Shown one piece after another: positions 18,164 to 27,982 of a DNA stretch of 64,000 nt (positions within the stretch are counted from its first letter, which is position 1; each line of letters begins with the position of its first letter). The stretch comes from Planctomycetota bacterium. GTDB taxonomy: Bacteria > Planctomycetota > B15-G4 > SIAN01. A program made the position numbers and the translations under genes. The notes under the pieces were generated by a model. It was not told the origin of the DNA. It saw nothing but the letters and a program-made list of their open reading frames with translations, and did not search any database. The DNA lies in contig JANNXA010000009.1 in the NCBI GenBank assembly GCA_031409275.1, positions 96,001-160,000 on the forward strand, given 5' to 3'.

Positions 18164-19801
18164 TCAGCCACCCGACGCAGGGATCGACCGTGTGCCGAGG
18201 TCGACTTCGCTCGAACCGGCGGCCGCGTCATCGGGCGCTGGCTCGAGCGTGGTCGTGAGGAACGGAACGCCGGTCGCGCCTGGCTCCGTGAGCGAGAAAC
18301 GGAGCGCGCGTCCGACGGCGGCCTGCTCGAAACGAAAGCGACCGGCGAAGTCGACCGTCGCCTCGGCCAGCAGCAGCTGCGAGTCGGCGTCGTGCAGTTG
18401 GACGACGCGCACGCCGCGCTCGACCGGCGGCAGATCGGCGAGCGTGCCCTTCACCGCGCGACCGGCCGCGAACTCGAGCGGCTCGACGTGCGGCGCGCCG
18501 GAAGTGCTCGCCGTCGCGGTCGAGGCGGCGAGCGCGAGTGCGTGCACCGTGGCCGCCTGATGCTCGGCGCGCAGCAGCGCCCACAACGGAGTGACGCACG
18601 GCGCCCGCAGCGTGAGCGTGCCATGCGCGTCGCAAACGCCGGCGGCGACGGCTCGCTCGCCCGCCGCGTCGCGAGTGATCAGCTCGACCGCGACGCCAGC
18701 CACTGGAACTCCCGCGCGCGTCAGCTCGAGACGTACGTCGACCTGCGCCGGAAAGCGCAGCTCGAGCGGCGTCACGCGGCCGCCGTCGCTCATGCCAGGC
18801 GCCGCCGGCAGCTCGCCGACGACGGTTCCAAGCGTCCGCTCGACCGCACGCACGACGAGCCGGCCGGGCCATGCGAGCGGCAGCTCGAAGCGGCCCTCGC
18901 CGTCGCTGCGCACCGTCAGCACCGGCAGTTCGCGGACGCTGCTGGCCTGCAGCGCCATCACCAGCGCGCGCGCCGCCGGATCGGCCGGCAGCTCGTCGCT
19001 GACGTGGTAGGCCGGGATCAGCCGCGCGCCGACGACGGGTGCGCCGCTGGCATCGAGGAGGCGACCAGCGACCTTGCCGCCGCGCGCGGCGGGCCGCAGC
19101 AGGACGAGCGTTCCGCTGCGCGCCGATTCGAGGTAGGCCGTCGCGTGGCCGTCGGCGACCGCGAAGAGGAGGTCGCTGTTGCTGTCGATCTGCGGGCGCA
19201 CGAAGGTCGCACGGCCATCGGCACCGCTCACGCCGAGCGTGGCGCCCGACTCGTGGACGATCGCGACCCCCGCCAACGGCGCTCCGGTGCCATCGATCTG
19301 GAACAGGCGCTCATCGCGCCGCGCGCGCAGCAGTCCCAATCGAAACGGCGCGTCGAGACGGGAGATGGTGGTCGTCGCGAGGCCAGGGGGCAGGCACCAC
19401 TCGCTGCCCACCAATTCGACGCGAAGCGGCAGCTCGGGATCCTGGACCGGCAGCTGCAGCGCGAGCGTGAAGTGCTGGCGCGGACGCTCTTCTCGCGCCG
19501 TGAGGTCGAAGGGGCGGGTCGCCCCTTCGCGCGCACGCAGCCGCAGCACGAGCGGCGGACCGATCGCGCTCGCCGCCATGGCCGCCTGCACTTCGAGACG
19601 CAGCGTGGCGCCGGTCGTCGCGCGCGTCGCCGAGTCGGACCCGGGCGTCGCGGCCGTGGGCTGCGCGGCGGCCCGGCGAGCTTCGAGTTCCGCGGCCGCT
19701 TTCCCTGCGACGCTCGAACGCGCCACCGAAACGGCGAGCAGCCCGGCCGCGAGCAAGACGGCCGCCACCACGATCCCGCGCGAATGAGCTTCGTCCGCCA
19801 T
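18164..19801 (-). CDS. Membrane-anchored protein with carboxypeptidase-regulatory-like (transthyretin/Ig-like) domains
   Basis: N-terminal hydrophobic anchor; repeated GRLLDASGAPVVGA / SDGEGRFEL / GVPVAGVAV modules. Confidence 0.65.
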   Translation of the reverse strand: MADEAHSRGIVVAAVLLAAGLLAVSVARSSVAGKAAAELEARRAAAQPTAATPGSDSATRATTGATLRLEVQAAMAASAIGPPLVLRLRAREGATRPFDLTAREERPRQHFTLALQLPVQDPELPLRVELVGSEWCLPPGLATTTISRLDAPFRLGLLRARRDERLFQIDGTGAPLAGVAIVHESGATLGVSGADGRATFVRPQIDSNSDLLFAVADGHATAYLESARSGTLVLLRPAARGGKVAGRLLDASGAPVVGARLIPAYHVSDELPADPAARALVMALQASSVRELPVLTVRSDGEGRFELPLAWPGRLVVRAVERTLGTVVGELPAAPGMSDGGRVTPLELRFPAQVDVRLELTRAGVPVAGVAVELITRDAAGERAVAAGVCDAHGTLTLRAPCVTPLWALLRAEHQAATVHALALAASTATASTSGAPHVEPLEFAAGRAVKGTLADLPPVERGVRVVQLHDADSQLLLAEATVDFAGRFRFEQAAVGRALRFSLTEPGATGVPFLTTTLEPAPDDAAAGSSEVDLGTRSIPASGG

Positions 19802-19811
19802 GACCACGAAA

Positions 19812-20618
19812 CTAGCGCGACGCCGCATTCAACAGCTTGCGCGCCGTGAGTTCGGCTGCGAGTCCCCGCGACCAGCGCTCCGGTACGGCGCGCGCCGGAT
19901 GCTCCCATGCCACGATGCGCGCGGGGCCGAGGCGGGCCATCAGCGGCGCGGCCAACGCGGCCTCGACGTCGCGTCCGAGCAGCACGATGCCGCGCGGCGC
20001 GAGTCGCGCGATCGCCTCATCGACGGTCGCGAGTCGTGCCGCATCGAAGCGCGCGACGAAGTCGTTCGCCACTGCCGCCGGCGCACCGCGCGCTCGCAAG
20101 CTGCGCGGCAGGTCGGCCGGCGTCCGGTTGGCGCCATCGTTCGGATCGATGAAGAGGAGCGGACACGGGTTCATCACGGCGAGCTCGGTGAAGCCCTGCT
20201 CGGCGCTGCCGTAGGCGTGGTCAAGGAAGCGGTAGACGCGAACGGACGACGACTCGAACGTGCGCTTCAGCCATGGCCGCAACCCCGTGGGCGCGAGCCC
20301 CGGCAGCGTCAGTTCAGCGCCGGTGGCGCGCAGCGTTGCCGCAAGGCGCGGGAGCTTCGACTCCAGCCGCTTGAGATCGGTGAAAGGAATGCCCGACTGT
20401 GCCATTCCATAGGGGCCAGGGTTGAGCCCGCAGATCAGCAGCGGCTTCTGCCCCAGCGGGTAGCACGCGCGGAAGCGGGCGTGCCATGGCTCGCCGTAGC
20501 CGCCGGGGTGAAAGACCTGCCAACCGGTCGCGGCGGCGATCTCGCGCCCGAGCGGCACGAAGCGCTTTGCGGCGTTCTGCCAGCAGACGCCAAGCGGATC
20601 GACGGGAGGCTCGCTCAT
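19812..20618 (-). CDS. SMUG1-like (family 3) uracil-DNA glycosylase
   Basis: GLNPGPYGMAQSGIPF motif 1, NPCPLLF...NRTP and WEHP motif 2. Confidence 0.85.
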   Translation of the reverse strand: MSEPPVDPLGVCWQNAAKRFVPLGREIAAATGWQVFHPGGYGEPWHARFRACYPLGQKPLLICGLNPGPYGMAQSGIPFTDLKRLESKLPRLAATLRATGAELTLPGLAPTGLRPWLKRTFESSSVRVYRFLDHAYGSAEQGFTELAVMNPCPLLFIDPNDGANRTPADLPRSLRARGAPAAVANDFVARFDAARLATVDEAIARLAPRGIVLLGRDVEAALAAPLMARLGPARIVAWEHPARAVPERWSRGLAAELTARKLLNAASR

Positions 20619-21004
20619 GAGCGGCAAGCTACCCCGTCTGATTCACGAAACCCCTGCTGCGGCTCGGTCTGCCGGCGCATGACTTCGTCGGAAAACCGCG
20701 TTCCTTCCTCAGCGGGTCAGCCAACCCGCATCGTCGGAACCGCGATTTCCCTCCTCGTCATGCACCGACATCCCGTCGCCTCGCGACGGGGATCGAGAAT
20801 CAAACGGGCTAATCTCCGCCGCCGCTTGGAACGACGGTCGTCACGTCCGCGCCCAACGAGGTGGGAACATCCGGGGTGCCGCAGGCGTACGAAACGTCCG
20901 ATCCAGACGATCGCACGGCATCGGTGCGCCGCGAGATCGAGATCGACGAATCACAAGCACCCAAGGACAAGGCGGCGTGCGCCGTCATGCAGATGGAGGT
21001 GGAG

Positions 21005-22117
21005 ATGCGCTGTTGGCTCCTCGTCGCGGGAGCAGTCGTGCTGCTTGGAGGCGGACTCCGGGCACAGGACACCCTCGACAAGATTCAGAAAGAGACGAAC
21101 CTCGTCCTGGCGCGCGGCGCCAAGGCGGGTCCGGACCTCGCCGAGATCGAGCGCCTGCTCGGTCGCGCGCGGGACCTCTCGATCGACCTCAAGGCCGACG
21201 ACGAGGGGTTGCGGGCGAGCTTGCTGGTGCTCGACCTGTCGAGCTTCCTTGCGGAGGAGCGACAGAGCGAGCTCTTCACCGAGGTCTTCGACTCGCTGAT
21301 CGAGAACCACCTGCAGAGCGATGGGCTGGCGCAGGTCGTTCTGATGCGGCTGGCCAACCCTGCTCCCCACCTCGCGAAGGCGGCGGGCGAGTACTTCGAC
21401 TGGATCGCGCGCGATTCGAAGTCGAAGCCGGTGCAGGCGGCGTGCAAGTACACCCGTCTCACCAAGGACGCGGCAGCGGCCGGGAATGTCGCCGACGTGA
21501 AGAAGATGGTGGCGAAGCTCGAGGCGCTGAAGGCGGAGATCGGCAAGGAGCCGGCCGCGTTCGGTCAGACCTACGGGCAGATGCTCGACGAGTTGATCGA
21601 GTCGCTGAAGATCGTCGGGACGCCGGCCCCTGAAATCGAGGGCAAGGACCTCGACGGCGTCGCGTTCAAGCTCTCCGACTATCACGGCAAGGTCGTGCTG
21701 CTCGACTTCTGGGGCTATTGGTGAGGCCCTTGCCGGGGCATGTTCCCGCACGAGCGGTCGCTCGTGGCACGACTGAAGGATGATCCTTTCGCTCTGGTCG
21801 GAGTGAACAGCGACGAGAACTTCGAGGAGCTGAAGAAGAAGGAGTACCTCGAAGAGAAGATCACTTGGCGCAGCTTCCAGAACAGCGCGGCGACGCCGCC
21901 GATCTCGGAGCAGTGGAAGGTGAGTGGCTGGCCCACGCTCTACCTCGTCGACGCCGAAGGCAAGCTGCGCAAGAAGTGGATCGGCAGCCCGAGCGAAGCG
22001 GAGCTCGACGCGGCGATTGATGGCCTCGTGGCCGAAGCCACAGCGGGCAAAGGCAAGGCCGCTCCCGCCAAGCCCGTGAAGAAGGCCGATCCGAAGAAGA
22101 GCGGCGCTCCGAACTGA
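21005..22117 (+). CDS. Exported TlpA/redoxin-family thiol-disulfide oxidoreductase, probable selenoprotein (Sec at TGA 21722-21724, W-U-G-P-C)
   Basis: ORFs 20861-21724 and 21740-22117 are in the same frame and join as GKVVLLDFWGYW-TGA-GPCRGMFPHE...VGVNSD...GWPTLYLVD; signal peptide; hairpin after the TGA. Confidence 0.88.
21725..21759 (+). promoter_or_regulatory. Putative bacterial SECIS element
   Basis: GGCCCTTGC-CGGGG-CATGT-TCCCG-CACGAGCGGTC directly after the TGA; G-containing apical loop 15-19 nt downstream and a lower stem GGCC/GGTC. Confidence 0.55.
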
Positions 22118-22128
22118 CCTGTCCGATG

Positions 22129-22165
22129 AGGTGGCGGGGATCTTTCTCCCGCCGCATCCGCACAC
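22129..22165 (+). repeat. REP-like element
   Basis: AGGTGGCGGGGATCTTTCTCCCGCCGCATCCGCACAC matches the reverse complement of 5921-5957 at 35 of 37 nt. Confidence 0.75.
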
Positions 22166-22253
22166 TCGATCCGCGGCCCCGCGTCGAACCCGACGCGGGG
22201 CCGTTTGCGTCCCGGCGAACCGGCATGCTGCAGCCGACCGCGTGCGCCGGTCG

Positions 22254-23525
22254 ATGAGCGCTGCGACCTCCCACGGAGCCGCCGACGCGATGTTCGCCGC
22301 CCACCTCGCCTATCAGCTGACCGATCTGCTCATTGCGACCGCGGCGCTCCTGCCCTGCCTCTGGCTCGCGGGAACGAGCCCCGCTCGCGCCCTCGCGAAG
22401 CGCTTCCCCACGCTGCTCGGCACGCCACCGCGGCGGCTGCTCCTGATCGCCACCGCGCTCTACGTGATGCTGATGGCGATCGCCGTGGTGTCGGGCTACA
22501 CGTTCGGGTTCGCGGCGATCGATCGTCTGCTGAAGGGCCGCCCGAGCTGGCAGCGCGCGCTCAATCTCAGCTCGTTCCTGGTGATCGGCTCGGCGTGGCT
22601 CGGCGGCACGCTTTTGCTGCCGGCCATCGCGCTGTGGACGACGTGGCGCTGCCGCGCCACCACGGCACTCGCGCGCGCGCGACGACGCACCGATCGTGCA
22701 CTTGCGGGCGTCTTCGCCATCGCGATGGCGGCGCTCTTCATCGACGCCTGCTTCCTCGAGCCCAACCGCCTGGTCGTCGAGCGGTCGCGGGTCGAACTCG
22801 CAAGCTGGCCAGCCGAGCGCCCGCCGCTGCGCGTCGTCCTCTTCTCCGATCTGCAGTCGGCCTACCTTGGTGCGCGTGAGCGAAGCGTGCCGGAGATCGT
22901 GGCGTCGCTGAAGCCCGACCTCATCGTGATCGCCGGTGACCTGGTGGCGCAGAGCTTCGATGAGTCGACCGCGCTCGAGCAGGCCCGCTACGTGCTCTCG
23001 AGGCTGCACGCGCCGCTCGGGGTCTACGTCGTGAACGGCGACGTCGATGACGTGGTGAGCGGCGGCATCGAACGGATCGTCGAGGGAATGCCCGTCACGC
23101 TGCTCGACAACGAATCGATCGTGCTGCCCTGCGAGCCGCCGATCGAACTCCTGGGAATCGACCCTCGCCGTCTGGCGCGGATGGGAGCGCTGCTCGATGC
23201 GCCGGCCCGCGCGCCGCTGCGGCTCGGGCTCGTCCATCGTCCGCGCCACTGGGAGCAGCTGTCGGCGGCCGGGTGCGAGCTCGTCATGGCGGGCCACACG
23301 CACGGCGGTCAGGTCGTCGTCCCCGGCTACGGTCCGCCGATCACGTTCGAAACGGTCCCGCGCTTCGTTGCGGCCGGCGGGTTGCACACGATGAGCCCCA
23401 CGACGCAGCTCTACGTCACGCGCGGGATCGGCCGCGAAGGCGGCTTCGCCCCGCAGATCCGTCTGCTGTGCCCGCCCGAGATCACGCTGCTCGAAATCGG
23501 CGGCCCCGAGCCAGCGACGCCCTGA
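22254..23525 (+). CDS. Membrane-anchored metallophosphoesterase (YkuE/YaeI-like)
   Basis: Four N-terminal TM segments; SDLQ, PDLIVIAGDLV, NGDVD, AGHTHGGQ, YVTRGIG and RLLCPPEI. Confidence 0.85.
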   Translation: MSAATSHGAADAMFAAHLAYQLTDLLIATAALLPCLWLAGTSPARALAKRFPTLLGTPPRRLLLIATALYVMLMAIAVVSGYTFGFAAIDRLLKGRPSWQRALNLSSFLVIGSAWLGGTLLLPAIALWTTWRCRATTALARARRRTDRALAGVFAIAMAALFIDACFLEPNRLVVERSRVELASWPAERPPLRVVLFSDLQSAYLGARERSVPEIVASLKPDLIVIAGDLVAQSFDESTALEQARYVLSRLHAPLGVYVVNGDVDDVVSGGIERIVEGMPVTLLDNESIVLPCEPPIELLGIDPRRLARMGALLDAPARAPLRLGLVHRPRHWEQLSAAGCELVMAGHTHGGQVVVPGYGPPITFETVPRFVAAGGLHTMSPTTQLYVTRGIGREGGFAPQIRLLCPPEITLLEIGGPEPATP

Positions 23526-23543
23526 CGGCGAGCGCCTCGTGGA

Positions 23544-23569
23544 AGGTGGCGGGGAGAACCCCGCCACCT
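23544..23569. repeat. REP-like palindrome (possible terminator between convergent genes)
   Basis: AGGTGGCGGGG-AGAA-CCCCGCCACCT perfect 11-bp stem with the same core as the other copies. Confidence 0.7.
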
Positions 23570-23582
23570 GTTACGCCACCTG

Positions 23583-25010
23583 TCAGTCGAGCCGCCGCAG
23601 TCGCAGCGAGCGGAACCAGACGTCGTCACCGTGATCCTGCAGTGCGATGACGCCGGTCGTGCAGGTCGCGAACTTCGGCATCGAGCCGAACTTGCTGGCG
23701 GCGATCTTCGCGCGGACCGCCGCGCTGGCGAGCTCCTGGTCGACCACCTTCTTGCCGTTGAGCCAATGCTCGACGTGCCAGCCGCGGACCACGATCCGCC
23801 CTTCGTTCCACTCGCCCACCGGCGCGAGCGCCTTGCCTTCCGCAGCGATGAGCGCGTAGAGGGCCGCCGCGGACGTACGCGGGTCCTTGCCATCCGGGTG
23901 CTTCGCATCGTCGAGCACCTGGTACTCCGGTCCCGTCTGCCACGGGTACTGCTGCTCCTCGCTCACCCGGTACATCACGCCGCTGTTCGCGCCCGCCGAC
24001 ACCTTCCACTCGAAGCGCAATTCGAAGTCGCCGTACGTCTCCGCCGTGACGAGATCGCCGCCACCACCGCCCGCGTGGACATGCAGCGTGCCATCCACGA
24101 TGGCCCACCCCTGAGTCGGGAATTCCGCCTTCGCGAACCCGCGCCAGCCATTCGGGCTGCGACCGTCGAACAGAATCTTGAAGCCGGCGGCCTCCTCCTC
24201 GAGCGAGAGTTGATTGGGCACCACCGCCGGCAGCGTCACCGCTCCCGTCGCCGCCCATTCGGTGCCGCGCGCGATCAGCAGGTGCAGCTCGGGGTTGTCG
24301 AACGTGGCACGCGACGCCACATCGCCCGGCCACACATGGCCGAGCGGCGTGTGGAAGATGCGGCCGGCGCCGAACTGCAGCACGATCGCCATCGGCTCGT
24401 CCTTGCCGGTTCCACCCGTCTCCGGATCGGAGTAGGCCGTCGCCAGCACGCGCGTCTCGACCCCCGGCGTGTGCACGAGCTTGTGGTACAGCTCGTCGGG
24501 GTGAGCCTTCAGGTCCCGCATCCCGTGCGTGATCGGGTGGTCACGATCGATGATCTTGACGTCGAAGGCGTGGTAGCGGCCGTGACCCGTGCCGGCGCGC
24601 CACAAGTCGGCCACCATCTGCTCGTACTCGGTCCATCCTTCGAACGCGTTGTCGGCCGCGTGGATCACGCTGACGCCGACGCCGCCGCGAACGGCCGCGA
24701 CGAAGTTCTTCTCCGCCGCCTCGCCCCAGCGCGCGCCGTTGTAGTTCAGCACGAAGCAGCGGTACTTGGCGATCGCCGCCGCGTCGGCCAGGGTCTTGGC
24801 AGGCTCGAGCGTGACGTCGACGTCGAAGCGGCCGCTCTTCTCGAGCCCCTCCTCGATCTTCGGGTTGGTGTACTCCCAATCGTGGTTGTTCTGCCCCGAG
24901 ATCAGCAGCACGGGGATCTTCTCGAGCGGGATCGCGCCGTGAACCGGCACGTCCGCACCACCACCGCATGCCACGAGAGCCAGCCACGAGAAAGCGTGCA
25001 GCATCGTCAT
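23583..25010 (-). CDS. ThuA-like + DUF1080 (3-keto-disaccharide hydrolase-like) fusion, exported
   Basis: ISGQNNHDW, IHAADNAF, DELY and GRIFHTPLGH (ThuA); LFDG...GW, NSGVMY, EYQVLD, WLNG and IALQDHG (DUF1080). Confidence 0.9.
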   Translation of the reverse strand: MTMLHAFSWLALVACGGGADVPVHGAIPLEKIPVLLISGQNNHDWEYTNPKIEEGLEKSGRFDVDVTLEPAKTLADAAAIAKYRCFVLNYNGARWGEAAEKNFVAAVRGGVGVSVIHAADNAFEGWTEYEQMVADLWRAGTGHGRYHAFDVKIIDRDHPITHGMRDLKAHPDELYHKLVHTPGVETRVLATAYSDPETGGTGKDEPMAIVLQFGAGRIFHTPLGHVWPGDVASRATFDNPELHLLIARGTEWAATGAVTLPAVVPNQLSLEEEAAGFKILFDGRSPNGWRGFAKAEFPTQGWAIVDGTLHVHAGGGGGDLVTAETYGDFELRFEWKVSAGANSGVMYRVSEEQQYPWQTGPEYQVLDDAKHPDGKDPRTSAAALYALIAAEGKALAPVGEWNEGRIVVRGWHVEHWLNGKKVVDQELASAAVRAKIAASKFGSMPKFATCTTGVIALQDHGDDVWFRSLRLRRLD

Positions 25011-25291
25011 CTCCGAGGGTGAACCGCCCTTTGGAGGACGCTCCGGGTCGACCGGCGGCGGCGCTCGAGCCGGTCGTTCGTCGGAGGCTCTCGACCACTC
25101 ACCTTGGAGCTGGCTTCGAACCTCCTCCGCGTCCCGACTCGAAGTCCACTCACCCGACTCGCGGCGACTCCTCCAACCGACGGCTGAGGCTTTGAAGCGT
25201 ACCAGCCGCGCGCGCCCATCCCCATCGGCTCGAAACGCCGCGCCGCGTCCGGCAGTAGCCTTCGCCGGTCGTGCACCGTCGGAGCCGCACG

Positions 25292-25783
25292 ATGATCGAA
25301 GCGCTGCTGTCGAGCCACGCCTACACGACCCGGTGGATCGTCGATGCCGTCGCCGACATCGCCGAGCGCGACCGGGCACGCCTCTTTCCCGGCATCGCCA
25401 ACCACCCGGCGTGGACGCTCGGCCACCTCATCTTCAGCGCGCAGTCGATCGGCGGCGAGCTCGAGGTCGCGCCATGGCTCGACGCGAGCTGGCAGGCGCG
25501 CTTCGGTCAGGGCAGTGTCCCGATCGACGACGCCGACGCCTATCCACCGCTCGCGTTCCTCGTCGTCGATCTGCGCGCTTGCGCCAAACAGCTGCAGGCC
25601 CACCTCGCCGCACGCGGCGCCGACTTCCTCGCGCAGCCGCTTCCCGACGTCCGCTTTCGCGCCCTGCTGCCGACGCGCGGCCACGCGGCGCTGCAGGTCC
25701 TGGTCGGTCACACCGCGTTCCATGCCGGCCAGCTCGCCGTCGGGCGCCGCGCCGCGGGCCTGCCTGGCCGCTCGTTCGTGTGA
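25292..25783 (+). CDS. DinB-family protein
   Basis: NHPAWTLGHL and HTAFHAGQL His motifs. Confidence 0.85.
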   Translation: MIEALLSSHAYTTRWIVDAVADIAERDRARLFPGIANHPAWTLGHLIFSAQSIGGELEVAPWLDASWQARFGQGSVPIDDADAYPPLAFLVVDLRACAKQLQAHLAARGADFLAQPLPDVRFRALLPTRGHAALQVLVGHTAFHAGQLAVGRRAAGLPGRSFV

Positions 25784-25810
25784 TCGCGGCGCCGCGGCGC
25801 GACGGCGCGC

Positions 25811-27982
25811 CTACTGTCCCGTAGCGCCGCCCTTCTTCAATTCCGGCAGATCGCAGCCGATCGCCTTGGTGCGATCGTTCGTGATCTTCTTGCCGGCCAG
25901 CAACGCGTCGAGCGCGACGCGCAAGTCACGAACCGTGGGTGCCGGCCGCTTCTTCGCCAGGTCGCCCCACTGGTCGTCGATCCGGCCGCGGTACGCGATG
26001 GTGCCGCCAGCGGTGATCACCGCAACTTCGGGCGTCGCGTCGATGCCGAGCTTCTTCGCCAGCACGTGCTTCGGATCGAGCAGGAGCCGCGGACGCAGGC
26101 TGTACTCGCGCGCGTGAGCTGTCGCCGATTCGGCGCTCGTGTCGGGATCGACGTGCACGACGAAGAAGCGCAGCGGCTGCTCGGCGTAGTCGGCGACGAT
26201 CGCGTTGATCTCCGGCGCATACGAGTTGGCGATCGGGCAATCGGGCGTCACGAAGAGCATCACGTTGGCCTTCTGCTCGCCCGGATCGAGCGGCCAGCAC
26301 GCCACGCCGGCGACGTCGCTCCACTTCGGGCCGCTGCCCGCCTTCTGCGGCGCCTCGGACTTCGGCTTCGCGGGCGCCTCGCCCTCCTTGCCGGCCGGCG
26401 CAGGTTTGGCAGCGCCCGGCTCCTCGCCGGTCAGCGCGGCGAGCTCGGCCGCATCGATGTCGCCATCGCCATTGCTGTCGAGCCGCCCGACGAACGGCTT
26501 CATCTGCGCCGGGATCTCATCCTTCGAGATCGTCCCGTCCTTGTTGAGGTCGAACTGCTTCACGCGCGCCGCGAGCCCTTCGAGCAGCCCGCCCCCGCCG
26601 CCCGCGCTCTTTCGCGCACCACGCGCCATCGAGGCGATCCGGTTCAACCGGATGCCGGCCAGCAGCGCGGCCGAGTCCGCTTCGCGCGTCGGCACCAGCA
26701 ACAGCGAGACGCTGCCCATCTCGTCGGTCGTCTCTTCGCCCCACCGCACGCGCTGTGGCGGGTCGTGCGGATTGTTCTTGTTGGCGGCGGAGTTGTCGTA
26801 GGTGAGCTCGACCTCGACCTTGGTGCCCTTCGGCAACGGCAGCGGCTCGCGGTACTGGTACTGGTTCTGCCAGTCGAAGTCCCACTGGTCGATGAAGAAG
26901 GCGGACTCGCGCTCCGATTGCGGCCGCGTCACCCACACCTGCATCGTCGTGCAGAGCAGGTGGGCATGGCCGCCGACCATCACCGCCTCGGCGTCGACCG
27001 GCAGCTCGAACGAGTCGCGCAGCTTGAACGCCGCTTCGCCGGCCGGGATGTCGAGACCCGCGCTGACGCCAAAGAGCGGCGGCAGTTGCAGCGTGGCCAT
27101 CGTGCGCGCGGGCGGCTCCTTCGCGAAGTGCAGCCCGAGCACCGTCTGCTCCGTCTCCGCCTTCCCGGACGGATGGAGGTGGCTCTGCAAGACGAGGTCG
27201 GCGCCCTTCGGGACGCGGCGCGCGAGACCTTGCGGCAAATGGCGCGGCATGCCGCCGACCGCCCAACCGCCAAGCCCCGCTGTATCCGCGCCCAGCAGCT
27301 GGTTGTCGCCCCCACCCACCATGCGCCGGAATCCAGGCTTGCCGTCCTTGCCATCGATCTGGCGCGCCTCGCCTGTTTCGTCGAGGAAGAAGAGCACGTG
27401 ATGCAGCACCGCGCGCGCGCTCGGCCGCACCTCGATCGCCGTGAGGTAGCGATCCTCCTTGAAGCCGAGCGGCACCAGGAAGTTGCGGTAGATGTCGGGC
27501 CCGCCGGCCGCGACGTCGTAGCCCTTCGGCATCTTCACGACGAGGTCGGGCTCGCCGAGCTGCCACCCTTGCGTGAACTTCGGCAGCGCCGGGGTCTGCT
27601 TCGGATCCCCTTGCGGGCAGCCACCATCCACCCACGCCGTGATCGTCTCGACCTCGCTCACGCTCAACGTGAGTTCGTCGGCGAACTCGCCGTGCCCCTC
27701 GACCGGTTGCCATGGTGGCATCAAGCGGCGCGACACGACCCGCTCGATCATCGTCGAGCGCTTGCGGACCTCCTCGTAGGTCAGCAGCGAGAACGGTCCG
27801 ACCTCGCCCGGTCGATGGCACGAGCTGCAGTTCGAGAAGATGATCGGCGCGACGTCCTTCGCGAAGGTCGGCGGCGCGTCGGCGGCGAGACCGGCGACGG
27901 CGACGCCCGCACCGCTCAGCACGAGGGCGGCGAGGGCGCGGACGCCGCAGCGGATGAAGGAGTGCGCGTGACGATGCAGCAT
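25811..27982 (-). CDS. Exported cytochrome c / type II copper monooxygenase-like / EF-hand / redoxin multidomain protein
   Basis: CSSCH heme motif; LHHV, QSHLH, GHAH and DEM; DLNKDGTISKDE and DSNGDGDIDAAE; C-terminal DCPIANSY...ATPEV...YRGRIDD...AIGC. Confidence 0.85.
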   Translation of the reverse strand: MLHRHAHSFIRCGVRALAALVLSGAGVAVAGLAADAPPTFAKDVAPIIFSNCSSCHRPGEVGPFSLLTYEEVRKRSTMIERVVSRRLMPPWQPVEGHGEFADELTLSVSEVETITAWVDGGCPQGDPKQTPALPKFTQGWQLGEPDLVVKMPKGYDVAAGGPDIYRNFLVPLGFKEDRYLTAIEVRPSARAVLHHVLFFLDETGEARQIDGKDGKPGFRRMVGGGDNQLLGADTAGLGGWAVGGMPRHLPQGLARRVPKGADLVLQSHLHPSGKAETEQTVLGLHFAKEPPARTMATLQLPPLFGVSAGLDIPAGEAAFKLRDSFELPVDAEAVMVGGHAHLLCTTMQVWVTRPQSERESAFFIDQWDFDWQNQYQYREPLPLPKGTKVEVELTYDNSAANKNNPHDPPQRVRWGEETTDEMGSVSLLLVPTREADSAALLAGIRLNRIASMARGARKSAGGGGGLLEGLAARVKQFDLNKDGTISKDEIPAQMKPFVGRLDSNGDGDIDAAELAALTGEEPGAAKPAPAGKEGEAPAKPKSEAPQKAGSGPKWSDVAGVACWPLDPGEQKANVMLFVTPDCPIANSYAPEINAIVADYAEQPLRFFVVHVDPDTSAESATAHAREYSLRPRLLLDPKHVLAKKLGIDATPEVAVITAGGTIAYRGRIDDQWGDLAKKRPAPTVRDLRVALDALLAGKKITNDRTKAIGCDLPELKKGGATGQ

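Noticed and set aside
25095..25175. tRNA or tRNA-Sec-like sequence (GGTTCGAAG...CCA, GGACTTC on the minus strand)
   Set aside because: No consistent acceptor, anticodon or T stems can be formed.
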